Shown here: one piece after another, positions 10,103-19,977 of the stretch
How positions within the stretch are numbered: position 1 is the stretch's first letter
Layout of the letters: each line of letters starts with the position of its first letter
From: an uncultured Erysipelotrichaceae bacterium
GTDB lineage: Bacteria > Bacillota_I > Bacilli_A > RFN20 > CAG-826
DNA length: 55,954 nucleotides
Direction of reading: 5' to 3'
Assembly (NCBI GenBank): GCA_902797795.1
Contig: CADBUF010000070.1
Span: 1 to 55,954, forward strand
Notes under the pieces: generated by a model
What the model was told of the DNA's origin: nothing
Database searches by the model: none
The model's input: the letters and a program-made list of their open reading frames with translations, nothing else
Program-made: the position numbers and the translations under genes

Positions 10103-10609
10103 ATGTCCTACCTAGAATATAAACCAGCAATATGGGACAAGATTTTTGTTAATGAAAAGGCAAACCTTCATTTTCATTTGCCCCAATATAAATTTAATGT
10201 TGAACATATTGGAGCAACATCAGTTCCTAATTGTCGCTCCTTTAGAAACGTTGATATTATGATTTCTTTGCACGACTTCAAAGACATTCATACGGTAGCG
10301 TTATTATTAGCAACCAAGGAATATAAAATCATCAAAGAAAGATCAACTCCTGACTGCATGGTTTTAGCAAAAACTCATAAATATCAAAAGGTTGGAGTAA
10401 CAATAAGAATTGTTCAATACGCTGGAAGATGGTTTAATCGTTGTCATGCTTTCTTAACTTTGTTAAGAGAAAGTTATGATCGCGTTATAAAATATAACAA
10501 TTTCAGGGAAGAACTATTTGTCAAAGTTAATGGTAATATAGCTCAATACAACCAAATTAAAGGTAACTACATCAATTCAATTATTGATGACAATTTTAAA
10601 TTCGAATAA
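10103..10609 (+). CDS. GrpB family nucleotidyltransferase-fold protein (divergent)
   Basis: YKPAIWDKIF..E N-terminus, VEHIGATSVP, VDIMI, C-terminal YN..K..YI. Confidence 0.7.
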   Translation: MSYLEYKPAIWDKIFVNEKANLHFHLPQYKFNVEHIGATSVPNCRSFRNVDIMISLHDFKDIHTVALLLATKEYKIIKERSTPDCMVLAKTHKYQKVGVTIRIVQYAGRWFNRCHAFLTLLRESYDRVIKYNNFREELFVKVNGNIAQYNQIKGNYINSIIDDNFKFE

Positions 10610-10610
10610 G

Positions 10611-11495
10611 ATGCACGGAATAATAATCACAAATCAAGAATTAGGACATAATGTCTATAAATTAAAAAGATTAACCGAGGAAGGAAAGAAACTCGGTATT
10701 TCTTTGTCACATTATGTTAATGATGGAACATTGGCGATTATTGAAAATGGTAATACTATTATTAATCTTCCTAAATGTGACTTCATCATCTATTTAGATA
10801 AAGACATATATCTAGCTAGAATACTTGAAAAAGCAGGTCACCGTTTATTCAACAAAGCAGATTTTATCAAAATATGTGATGACAAGATGCTTACTAACAT
10901 TATGTGTGCTAATGCGAACATAAGAATGCCGAAGACAATCGCGGGACCACTATTCTATTCTCAAGAATTAAAAGAAGAGAATATGGAATTCTTAAAAACT
11001 GTAGGAACGAAATTAGGATTCCCATTAGTGTTTAAGAAGGTATATGGTTCATTAGGTACAGGTGTATTTTTAGTCAATAACGCGAAAGAACTTGCTTCTT
11101 TATATACTAAATATTGTCGTGAACCACTCCAATTTCAAGAATATATTTCTTCTAGTTATGGCAGGTCTATAAGAGTGTTAGTAATTGATGGAAAAATCGT
11201 TGGAGCCTTCCAAAGATTTAACGAAAATGATTTTAGAAGTAATTTCGGTCAAACTGCATCAAGCAAAGAATTTAATCTAAATGCCAAATTCATAAAAGAG
11301 ACAAACAACATTATTGATTTGTTTAATATCGAATACGCTGGAATCGACTTCTTATTTGGAGAAGACGACGAACCAGTATTATGTGAAATAAATTCTAACG
11401 CCTTCTTTGAAGAATTTGAAAAAATCACTAAAATAAACGTTGCTAAACTATTTATGGAAATGGTTGAAAGAAAAATTAATAATGAACAAAAATAA
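10611..11495 (+). CDS. RimK/LysX family ATP-grasp alpha-L-glutamate ligase
   Basis: CDDKM, FPLVFKKVYGSLGTGV, QEYI, DFRSN, GIDFL, CEINS; ATG at 10611 directly after the GrpB stop. Confidence 0.85.
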   Translation: MHGIIITNQELGHNVYKLKRLTEEGKKLGISLSHYVNDGTLAIIENGNTIINLPKCDFIIYLDKDIYLARILEKAGHRLFNKADFIKICDDKMLTNIMCANANIRMPKTIAGPLFYSQELKEENMEFLKTVGTKLGFPLVFKKVYGSLGTGVFLVNNAKELASLYTKYCREPLQFQEYISSSYGRSIRVLVIDGKIVGAFQRFNENDFRSNFGQTASSKEFNLNAKFIKETNNIIDLFNIEYAGIDFLFGEDDEPVLCEINSNAFFEEFEKITKINVAKLFMEMVERKINNEQK

Positions 11496-12405
11496 AAAAC
11501 GTTTTGAACACAGATCGAAAGATTATACAAATATTAGAGAGTATCCAGTTAATAAAAACTCAGAACTTTTAGAATTTCTTTTAGAAACATTGAAAGGCCA
11601 GTCTCGTAATTCGATTAAATCTCTTTTAACTAATCATCGCGTTTCAGTTGATGGAGCGCCTATATCTCAATATAACTTTAAATTGGTTAAAGGCGACACT
11701 GTTATAATCTCTAAAACACCTATTCATAAAAAGACACGTAGCAATCTACCAATTATCTTTGAAAACGAAGAAATGATTGTTATCAATAAACCATCAGGGC
11801 TCTTATCTATAGCTAGCGATAAAGAAAAAGGTTCAACCGCTTATCGTATGTTAACCGATTACGTTCAACAAAAGGACAAACATAATAGAATCTTTGTTGT
11901 TCACAGATTAGACGAAGACACCTCAGGAGTCTTAATGGCGGCTAAAAACCCAAAATTGCAGAAAGCCTTACAAGATAATTGGAATGATTTGGTTAAATCA
12001 CGTGGCTATTATGCGATTGTCGAAGGAAACTTAAAAGAGAAAAGTGGCACTATCAAATCATATCTAAAGAAGAATAGTCAGAATATGATGTATTCCTCAA
12101 AAAAAGAGGGAGATGGTCAATTCTCAATTACTCATTACAAAGTAATAATGGAGTCCGATAAATATTCACTACTAGATGTTCATATTGATTCAGGAAGAAA
12201 GAACCAAATCCGTGTTCACTTAGGAGATTTAGGACATCACGTTATTGGCGATGATAAATATGGAAATCCATCAAATCCAATTGGAAGGCTTGGACTACAT
12301 GCTTATGAATTAAAACTTATTCATCCTTTTACAAATAAAGAATTAAAATTCACAGCCCCAACCCCAAAAGAATTTAAGACTTTATTCCCAAACTTTAACA
12401 AATAA
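11482..12405 (+). CDS. RluA family 23S rRNA pseudouridine synthase with S4 domain
   Basis: INKPSGL, VHRLDEDTSG, GRKNQIRVH, GDDKYG, LHAY. Confidence 0.93.
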   Translation: MNKNKKRFEHRSKDYTNIREYPVNKNSELLEFLLETLKGQSRNSIKSLLTNHRVSVDGAPISQYNFKLVKGDTVIISKTPIHKKTRSNLPIIFENEEMIVINKPSGLLSIASDKEKGSTAYRMLTDYVQQKDKHNRIFVVHRLDEDTSGVLMAAKNPKLQKALQDNWNDLVKSRGYYAIVEGNLKEKSGTIKSYLKKNSQNMMYSSKKEGDGQFSITHYKVIMESDKYSLLDVHIDSGRKNQIRVHLGDLGHHVIGDDKYGNPSNPIGRLGLHAYELKLIHPFTNKELKFTAPTPKEFKTLFPNFNK

Positions 12406-12427
12406 TACCCTTAGGGTATTTTTGTTT
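12404..12427 (+). terminator. Intrinsic terminator
   Basis: AATACCC-tta-GGGTATT followed by T-rich tract. Confidence 0.65.
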
Positions 12428-12519
12428 ATTTTTTACTATCTAGATATACTTATTGCTTTTCAAAAATATTTATATTTTTCATTCAAATAAAAACATTAGA
12501 TTAGTATAATTGAGATACT

Positions 12520-14115
12520 ATGAAGAATAAGTATTTAAAGTCATTTTTAAATAGCGCGATATCAATCATTCCAATTCTAGCGATTGTTTATTCGCTTTCT
12601 TTTATTCTTCAAGCAAATAAAATGCAAGGTCTTACCAATACCGAATATGTTATGTTAGCCTTCGGTGGCTTTGGAATGATTGTTGGTTTATCTTTCTTCC
12701 AAATCGGTTGTCAAAACAGTTTGATCACTATTGGCGAATATATGGGCGCCTCTTTATCAAAGCAGAAGAAATTGATTATTGTTATCATCTTTTCTTTCCT
12801 TCTTGGAGCGCTTGTTACTTGTGCCGAACCAAGCATTTTAATCATGTCTAAGCAGATATCCCCGGACAACAATATTGACTTTGTTTTTGTTTTCTCAATT
12901 GCCGCTGGTGTTGGGATATTTGTTGTCGTAGGAATTATCAGAATAGTTATCAAAAAATCATTAAATATTTGGTTTTTGTCGTTTTATTTGATAGTTTTTA
13001 TGCTTATTTGCATATTACAAGTTAATCCACAAAACCATCCATATTTACCATTTGTTTTTGACGCAGGGGGTGTGACTACTGGTAGTGCCACTGTTCCATT
13101 TATTCTTGCTTTAGGAGCAGGAGTAGCTATGACTCGTGGTGGTAGAAAAAGTAGCGATGGTTCGTTTGGTTTAGTTGGTCTAGCCTCAATTGGTCCAATC
13201 ATCACCATGATAATCAATATTCTTGTTCGTCCTGAAGGATTACCTGTCTATTCTGTTGGTGTGGTTGAACAAACTGTTACCGATGGAATTGATTGGGTAT
13301 ATTTTGAAAACAAGATTTTGAATTCACTTCTTCCTAGCGGGAACTCTTTCGGTTCAATTATTGAAGTCTTATTAGCTTTAGCGCCAATTCTAATCATCTT
13401 CTTTGCGTATGAACTGATTTACATAAAGCTTTCTGTTAAAAAAGTTCTTCATCTACTTATTGGGATTATCATTACCTTCTTTGGATTAACTGTGTTTTTA
13501 ACCGCGGTTGGATCGGCAATGAGTCCAATTGGTTTGAAGCTTGGTTTATATATTGCTGGATTACAAGATTGGATACTCATCTTATTAGGATTTGGAATCG
13601 GGTGTGTCACCATTTTATGCGAACCTGCGGTACATGTTTTAACCACCCAAATAGAAGCTGTTAGTAATGGGGAACTTAAAAAACGCACTGTATTAATAGC
13701 TTTATCTATCGGTGTTGGTCTAGCGATATGTTTATCGGTCATTAGAGTCTTATATCAAGTTCCAATAATGTATTTCATTATTCCTGGATATTTATTATCT
13801 CTTTTACTAATGTTCTGTGTTCCAGAATTATACACTGCTGTAGCTTTTGACTCTGGTGGTACCGCAAGCGGACCAATGGCGGTCTCCTTTGTTTTCCCAC
13901 TAGTAATTGGTATTTATAGTATTCGATATAACGTCACAGCCTCTACTGAATTCTATTCATACGCCTTTGGCGTTGTCGCTTTAGTCGCATTAATGCCAAT
14001 TTTAGCAATACAGATTTTAGGTACTACAAGTTCGATTAAGAATCTTTACTACATGCATGCCATCAGAAATCAAGTCTCTGACGCTCGTAATAATGAAATT
14101 ATTCATTTTAATTAA
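12520..14115 (+). CDS. DUF1538 double-domain membrane protein (putative transporter)
   Basis: Two internal repeats with T.AEP / LCEPA and FDAGGVTTG / FDSGGTASG motifs; many TM segments. Confidence 0.85.
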   Translation: MKNKYLKSFLNSAISIIPILAIVYSLSFILQANKMQGLTNTEYVMLAFGGFGMIVGLSFFQIGCQNSLITIGEYMGASLSKQKKLIIVIIFSFLLGALVTCAEPSILIMSKQISPDNNIDFVFVFSIAAGVGIFVVVGIIRIVIKKSLNIWFLSFYLIVFMLICILQVNPQNHPYLPFVFDAGGVTTGSATVPFILALGAGVAMTRGGRKSSDGSFGLVGLASIGPIITMIINILVRPEGLPVYSVGVVEQTVTDGIDWVYFENKILNSLLPSGNSFGSIIEVLLALAPILIIFFAYELIYIKLSVKKVLHLLIGIIITFFGLTVFLTAVGSAMSPIGLKLGLYIAGLQDWILILLGFGIGCVTILCEPAVHVLTTQIEAVSNGELKKRTVLIALSIGVGLAICLSVIRVLYQVPIMYFIIPGYLLSLLLMFCVPELYTAVAFDSGGTASGPMAVSFVFPLVIGIYSIRYNVTASTEFYSYAFGVVALVALMPILAIQILGTTSSIKNLYYMHAIRNQVSDARNNEIIHFN

Positions 14116-14136
14116 GGAGTAGATAATACGTAGTTT

Positions 14137-14559
14137 ATGGAAGAAAAGAAAAAGAAAGTTGATAAGAAAAAGCCCTCTCCAAAAAAGGTTAATAAAGAAC
14201 CTCGTTTTGAAGAGCGACTAGACATCAAAAAACTTCTTTTATATACGATTATAGTGCCTAGAGGACAATCTGATAACATTGCTAGATTATTAAAAACAAA
14301 TAAGAGTAGCGCTCAATTCTTCCAAATCGGAGAAGGTACTGCTAGTAGTAGAATTAGAGAAATATTAGATATTGATGACACTGACAAAGATATTATTTAC
14401 ACAATAGTTAGCGAAGAAGCCGCTAAGGAAATCAAAAAAGAATTAGATGTCTTCTTCTTGGTTAATAAGAAAAATCGCGGAATTGCTTACACCATCCCAT
14501 TAACGACATTAATGGGAGTCAAAATGTATAAATTCTTTACTCAAACTGTAAGGGGGTAA
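14137..14559 (+). CDS. PII-like protein (divergent, Lys-rich N-terminal extension)
   Basis: IIVPRGQ..., GEGTA, GIAYTIPL; adjacent to DUF1538 gene. Confidence 0.7.
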   Translation: MEEKKKKVDKKKPSPKKVNKEPRFEERLDIKKLLLYTIIVPRGQSDNIARLLKTNKSSAQFFQIGEGTASSRIREILDIDDTDKDIIYTIVSEEAAKEIKKELDVFFLVNKKNRGIAYTIPLTTLMGVKMYKFFTQTVRG

Positions 14560-14563
14560 TTTT

Positions 14564-14884
14564 ATGGCAGACAAAAATAATCATGAATTAATTGTTGTGA
14601 TCGTCAATGATGGTCACTCTGACCAAGTGATGGACGCTGCAAAAGAAGCAGGAGCAAAAGGTGGAACAATTCTTCACGCTCGTGGAAGTGGGACAAAAGA
14701 TATTGAGAAAAAATATAACATTATGATTACTCCTAGAAAAGAAATGCTCTATATTTTAGTGAACAGCAAAATACGTGATGCAGTTATTACTGCTATCAAT
14801 AATAAATGCGGATTAGAGACTCCTGGACAAGGAATTATATTCTCTTTACCAGTCAATAATGTTTCTGGTCTTAAACTTGAATAG
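14564..14884 (+). CDS. P-II family regulator
   Basis: VMDAAKEAGAKGGTILHARGSG, GQGIIFSLPVNNVSG. Confidence 0.85.
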   Translation: MADKNNHELIVVIVNDGHSDQVMDAAKEAGAKGGTILHARGSGTKDIEKKYNIMITPRKEMLYILVNSKIRDAVITAINNKCGLETPGQGIIFSLPVNNVSGLKLE

Positions 14885-14954
14885 AAGGTTAGATATTTAA
14901 CAAATTTTAAAAATGAATATAATATCTATATAAATAATTAGAGGGGAAATTATT

Positions 14955-15326
14955 ATGCCAGTTAAAAAAGCAAAGCCAGCAGGAAAGAAACCTGCAGTGA
15001 AAAAAGCAGTCCCAAGCAAGGCCCCAGCAAAGAAAGCTGCGCCTGCTAGTAAGCCTGCTACAAAAGCTAATCCAGCAAAGAAAGCTGCTCCAGCTAAAAA
15101 ACCAGCGAAGAAAGAAGAAGTTGGCTACAGAACTTATCACCTCGTTAAGAGAAGTGATGGCAAATGGGAAGTCAAATTTGCTGGTGGACAAAAGGCAATC
15201 AAATTGTTTGATACCCAAAAGGAAGCTTTGGAATATTCTAAAAAGATGGCCGCTAATCAAGATGGCTCAGTCTTAATTCACAATTCCAAAGGTTCTAATA
15301 AAGGTCGTATCCAAAAGAAAAGATAA
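14955..15326 (+). CDS. DUF2188 domain protein with histone-H1-like Pro/Ala/Lys tail
   Basis: C-terminal YHLV.R.DGKWEVK..G...A...FDTQKEA...S.LIH..KG; N-terminal PAKK repeats. Confidence 0.8.
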   Translation: MPVKKAKPAGKKPAVKKAVPSKAPAKKAAPASKPATKANPAKKAAPAKKPAKKEEVGYRTYHLVKRSDGKWEVKFAGGQKAIKLFDTQKEALEYSKKMAANQDGSVLIHNSKGSNKGRIQKKR

Positions 15327-15328
15327 CT

Positions 15329-15368
15329 AAAAAAATAGCGATGGAAATCAAATCCATCGCTTTTCTTT
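15329..15368. terminator. Bidirectional intrinsic terminator
   Basis: AGCGATGGA-aatcaaa-TCCATCGCT with A-tract before and T-tract after. Confidence 0.8.
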
Positions 15369-15382
15369 CGCTTTAATAATAA

Positions 15383-17215
15383 TTATTCTGCTTCTTGCGC
15401 TCTTTTTACATGAGCTTCATATTTTTTTCTTTCAGCAGTATTTAATATCTTTTTACGCATTCTGTAGGTTGTAGGCGTGATTTCTACTAATTCATCAGAA
15501 TTAATATAATCTAAACATGCCTCCAAAGATAACTTTCGAGGTGATTTAAGTACAACTGTATTGTCTTTATTAGAACTTCTAACATTCGTTAAGTTTTTCT
15601 TTTGTGTAACATTAACCGCCAAATCAAAGTCGTAGCGGTGTTCTCCTACTATCATTCCTTCATATACTTCAGTTCCTGGAAGAATAAACATTGTTCCTCT
15701 TTCTTCAGTATGTTCAATAGCGTAAGGAGTCGCTTGTCCTGCTTCAACGGAAACAAGAACGCCAATATTTCTTTCTCCAATACCAGAGGTAGTAATTGGA
15801 CGATATTCTTTATAGGTGTGAGATAAAATTCCATAACCTTTTGTTAAAGTCATGAAATGTGTCATATAGCCGAGCAATCCACGGCTTGGAATAACATAGT
15901 TAAGAATTGTGACTGTCTCTTTAGGATCCATATTAACAAGCTCTCCACCACGTTCACCAATAGTAGTCATGATATCTCCAACATATTCATTTGGAACATC
16001 AATTAATAAATCTTCATATGGTTCACATTTTTGACCATTAATTTCTTTAATAATAACTTGAGGTTTACTAACTTCTAATTCAAAACCTTCTCTTCTCATG
16101 TTTTCAATCAAAATTGAAAGATGCAATTCACCTCTGCCGGAAACAATCCAACTTTCAGTATTAACAATTCTTTCAACACGTAAAGCAACATCTTTCTGTG
16201 TTTCTCTAAATAAACGTTCTTCTATTTTTCTTGCGGTAAGAAGTTTCCCGTCCCTTCCACTTAAAGGAGATGAATTGGTACCGAAAGTCATTTGCAAGGT
16301 TGGTTCATCTAAACGAATTAAAGGAAGTGGATCAACGTGTCCAACTTGACAAATTGTTTCACCAACGTTAATATCCGCTAATCCGGCAACCGCGACAATA
16401 TCACCAGCATGAGCTTCATCAATTTCTAATCTTTTGAGACCTTGGAAACCAAATAATTTAAGAACTCTAAAATTATTAGTTTCACCATTTAAGCGCGATA
16501 CCGTCACGTTATCGTTAACTTTTATCGTGCCTCTTTTAATAGTGCCAATACCAATACGGCCAACAAAATCATTATAATCAAGTAACGCGATTTGAAGTTG
16601 AAGAGGTGAATCTTTATCCATATTTGGAGCAGGAATTTGATCAATGATTGTTTGTAAAACAGCGTCCATTCCACTGACTTGAGTCATAGGATCTGGATCA
16701 TATGATGATGTTCCTTTAAGAGCGCTGGTGTAGACAGTTTTGAAATCTAAAAATTCATCAGGAGCACCTAATTCAATAAATAGATTAAGCACTTCATCAA
16801 GTGTCTTTTCAACATCAATATTCGCTCTATCAATTTTATTGATAACAACGATTGGTTTAACATGAGCTTCAAGAGCTTTCTTTAATACAAATCTAGTTTG
16901 TGGCATTGTTCCTTCAAAGGCATCCACTAAAAGTAAGCAGCCATCCACCATATTCATAATACGCTCCACTTCACCGCCAAAATCAGCGTGACCTGGAGTG
17001 TCTAAAATATTAATTTTTGTGTCGTTATAAATAATAGAGGTGGTCTTAGCTAAAATAGTAATTCCTCTTTCACGTTCAATGTCATTTGAATCCATCGCAC
17101 GATCAGATAATTCTTCATTACTTCTAAATGTGGAGGAAGATTTTAAAAGTTGATCAACAAGAGTAGTTTTTCCGTGGTCAACGTGAGCGATAATTGCAAT
17201 GTTTCTAACTTCCAT
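15383..17215 (-). CDS. typA: Translational GTPase TypA/BipA
   Basis: IAIIAHVDHGKTTLVD, ERGITI, DTPGHADFGGEVER, GRGELHL. Confidence 0.97.
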   Translation of the reverse strand: MEVRNIAIIAHVDHGKTTLVDQLLKSSSTFRSNEELSDRAMDSNDIERERGITILAKTTSIIYNDTKINILDTPGHADFGGEVERIMNMVDGCLLLVDAFEGTMPQTRFVLKKALEAHVKPIVVINKIDRANIDVEKTLDEVLNLFIELGAPDEFLDFKTVYTSALKGTSSYDPDPMTQVSGMDAVLQTIIDQIPAPNMDKDSPLQLQIALLDYNDFVGRIGIGTIKRGTIKVNDNVTVSRLNGETNNFRVLKLFGFQGLKRLEIDEAHAGDIVAVAGLADINVGETICQVGHVDPLPLIRLDEPTLQMTFGTNSSPLSGRDGKLLTARKIEERLFRETQKDVALRVERIVNTESWIVSGRGELHLSILIENMRREGFELEVSKPQVIIKEINGQKCEPYEDLLIDVPNEYVGDIMTTIGERGGELVNMDPKETVTILNYVIPSRGLLGYMTHFMTLTKGYGILSHTYKEYRPITTSGIGERNIGVLVSVEAGQATPYAIEHTEERGTMFILPGTEVYEGMIVGEHRYDFDLAVNVTQKKNLTNVRSSNKDNTVVLKSPRKLSLEACLDYINSDELVEITPTTYRMRKKILNTAERKKYEAHVKRAQEAE

Positions 17216-17284
17216 ATTTATCCTCCTAATAAAAAATCTTTTCTATTTTAAGAAAAGAGGACATATTAATTCAATAAAAACTTT

Positions 17285-18124
17285 TTATTTTATTAATTCC
17301 TTAATGCGATTCTTGCGGATATTATATAATTCCGAAGCGGTTTCAATAGCGGCTTTTTTATCCATTCCCTTAGAGAGAAAATAATTAACTTTTAAGATGA
17401 TTTCATCATCAGTAAATTCTTCTTTTTTATCATTACCTGAGACCACTATTACCATTTCTCCCTTAAGGGAGTTAATATCGATATTTTTAAATTCTGATAA
17501 GTAACCATATAACTTTTCTTCATTAATTTTAGTTAGTTCTCTTTGTAAAGAAATATAACGATCACCAAAGACTTCTAAAAGTAAATTTAAAGTCTTCTCA
17601 ATACGATGAGGACTTTCATAAAACACGATGGTCTCTTTTTTGTTTTTGAGCTCTTCTAATTCTTCCTTAGCTTCATTTGGTTTACTAGACAAGAAACCAT
17701 GAAAATAAAAATGTGTAGTATCAATTCCCGAACTTGTTAAAGCATTGATAAAAGCACACCCTCCAGAAATAACAGACACCGCAATATCATTTTCAATGCA
17801 AAGTTTTGCTAATAAATACCCAGGATCAGAAATACCAGGATATCCAGCGTCACTCATATAAGCAACTTTTTTACCTTTTTTAATTTCGTCGATTAGTTTT
17901 CGAGAAGCTTCTATCTCATTGTGTTCACGTAATGATATAGCTGGTTTAGAAATATTGAATCTATGTAATAAATCAAGAGTGTTTCTTGTATCTTCGGCGG
18001 CAATCAAGTCCATTTCTTTAACTAAGTCAATCGCGCGACTTGAAAACTCGCCTAAATTCCCAATAGGGGTAGCTATTAAATATAAAATAGGTGCTTCATT
18101 ATTAAATGATTTAATTCTTTTCAT
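17285..18124 (-). CDS. rsmI: 16S rRNA (cytidine1402-2'-O)-methyltransferase
   Basis: ATPIGNL, AEDTR, SDAGYPGISDPG, FYESPHR, RELTK. Confidence 0.95.
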   Translation of the reverse strand: MKRIKSFNNEAPILYLIATPIGNLGEFSSRAIDLVKEMDLIAAEDTRNTLDLLHRFNISKPAISLREHNEIEASRKLIDEIKKGKKVAYMSDAGYPGISDPGYLLAKLCIENDIAVSVISGGCAFINALTSSGIDTTHFYFHGFLSSKPNEAKEELEELKNKKETIVFYESPHRIEKTLNLLLEVFGDRYISLQRELTKINEEKLYGYLSEFKNIDINSLKGEMVIVVSGNDKKEEFTDDEIILKVNYFLSKGMDKKAAIETASELYNIRKNRIKELIK

Positions 18125-18983
18125 TTTCTTCTAATTTTTGAGGTTTTGGTTTGAACCCAGTTTGAGTTTTAAAATCTTCTAATGAGAGGAACATTGTATC
18201 TTCCTCACTATCGATTTTGATCATTTTAGAAACCACATTAACTGAAGTAACTGTGAATTCAACTTTATTGATAAATACTTTATATCCTAGAGGTGGGAAG
18301 TCTTTTTTGAGTTCGGTATAAGCTTCATCTTCATATTTCAAACAGCAAAGAAGTTTGCCACAGTGTCCAGAGAGTTTAGGAATGTTGATAGCAAGCATTT
18401 GATTTTTCGCTCTAATAATTGAAATGCCATCAAATTCATTTAAGAAAGTAGCACAGCAAAGTGGGAGCCCACATAAGCCAATACCACCAACAAGTTTTGC
18501 TTTGTCTCTACTACCAATTTGACGGAGTTCAATGCGGGTGTGAAATTTACTTGCAAGTACCTTTAATAGTTCACGGAAATCTACTCTTTCATCAGCAACG
18601 TAAGAAAAGATAACTTTGCTCTTATCAAGAGTGTATTCACAAGAAATTAAATTCATGTCAATTGCTAACTTTTTTACTTCATTTTTGCAGATTTCTAACG
18701 CAAATTGTGCATCTTTTAAATTTATTTCATGTAATTTGAGATCAACATCAGTGGCTTTTCTTAGGATTGGTTTTAACTCTAATGGTGAGCGATATTGGTC
18801 GATTGGAATTGGGTCAAAAAAAATCTCCCCAAGTTCTGGTCCATGTGTTGTTTCAACAACCACTTTATCGCCTTTAACGAGATCTAAATCTTTATAACCA
18901 AAAAAGTAAGCGTGATTAGAATAATGAAACCTCACACCAACGTAGTGACTATATTTATTTGCTAAAAAATTATCTTCCATCAT
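18111..18983 (-). CDS. ricT: PSP1-domain protein RicT/YaaT
   Basis: RVDFRELLK, RIELRQIG.RD, GLCG..LCC, SGHCGKLLCCLKYE. Confidence 0.9.
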   Translation of the reverse strand: MMEDNFLANKYSHYVGVRFHYSNHAYFFGYKDLDLVKGDKVVVETTHGPELGEIFFDPIPIDQYRSPLELKPILRKATDVDLKLHEINLKDAQFALEICKNEVKKLAIDMNLISCEYTLDKSKVIFSYVADERVDFRELLKVLASKFHTRIELRQIGSRDKAKLVGGIGLCGLPLCCATFLNEFDGISIIRAKNQMLAINIPKLSGHCGKLLCCLKYEDEAYTELKKDFPPLGYKVFINKVEFTVTSVNVVSKMIKIDSEEDTMFLSLEDFKTQTGFKPKPQKLEENEKN

Positions 18984-19977
18984 GTTGCTCCTTTACGAGT
19001 TTGAATATTAAGTGGTCTATTAATAGGCCAATATTGACATTTAAGTTAACCGTGTTTCTTGCTTTTAATATTTCTACTAATGAATCCTCAATATGAGGAA
19101 GTTTATTAGATAGATTAGTAAGTATTGTAGCATAAGTAGATAAACTTATGCCCCTATTTGCTTTGATATTTAAAATATCTTCAAATGCTTCTGAGAGCAA
19201 ATCAACAAAAAATCTTAATTCTTCTTTACTTTTAATAAGGGGAATAAGATTCTTTTGAGAATAGTAGATAACATCCTTATAGTTACCTACTTCCATTATT
19301 TCGAGTAGACCCACTAATCCTTTTTTTGCTTCAAAGTAGTTATCACTTTCTTCTTTATCGGTTAAGAAATTGGCAATTAGTTCACTGTCGTTATAAAAAT
19401 ACGACAACAATTCAGCGTCTTCAGGGTTGACCATCAAAGACTTAGCTTCTTCAATTACCTTTTTACGAGGAACACTTTTAAAATTTAATGTCTGGCATCT
19501 ACTTACTATGGTTGGTAAAACATTATTCACATTGTTGGTGGTTAAAAAAGCATAAACTTCACTATCGGGTTCTTCTAAAAATTTGAGCATTGAATTAACT
19601 GCTTCGCTAGTCATGTTTTCAACAAGATTAATGATATAGATCATTATGCCTTTGGTTTCAAATGCAGTTTTTTCAAATCTAGATTCAATATTTAAGACAT
19701 CTTCTTTTTTAATTGTCCCTTTAGCGCCATCAAGTTTAATAATGTCTGGATAATTATCACTTTCAATTCTTAAACAGGTAATACAGTTATCACACGCTAA
19801 AGGAGAAGGATCATCACACAATATTGATTTTGCTAAATATTGTGCACTTTCATATAAAGGAATACCGGGATTTCCAACAATTAAATATGCATGAGAAAGG
19901 GTGTGGTTCTTAAACGAATTTAAAAACGTCGTATAGACAATTGGTTGGTTTTCTTTAAGGTATTTGCCTATTTGCAT
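18970..19977 (-). CDS. holB: DNA polymerase III delta' subunit
   Basis: HAYL, C..C..C..C zinc motif, [18 protein letters not shown]; position after tmk. Confidence 0.9.
   Translation of the reverse strand: MQIGKYLKENQPIVYTTFLNSFKNHTLSHAYLIVGNPGIPLYESAQYLAKSILCDDPSPLACDNCITCLRIESDNYPDIIKLDGAKGTIKKEDVLNIESRFEKTAFETKGIMIYIINLVENMTSEAVNSMLKFLEEPDSEVYAFLTTNNVNNVLPTIVSRCQTLNFKSVPRKKVIEEAKSLMVNPEDAELLSYFYNDSELIANFLTDKEESDNYFEAKKGLVGLLEIMEVGNYKDVIYYSQKNLIPLIKSKEELRFFVDLLSEAFEDILNIKANRGISLSTYATILTNLSNKLPHIEDSLVEILKARNTVNLNVNIGLLIDHLIFKLVKEQHDGR

Noticed and set aside
14907-15260. 117-aa minus-strand ORF and the many other short overlapping ORFs in the track
   Set aside because: Antisense or alternate-frame shadows of well-supported genes, with no recognisable motifs.
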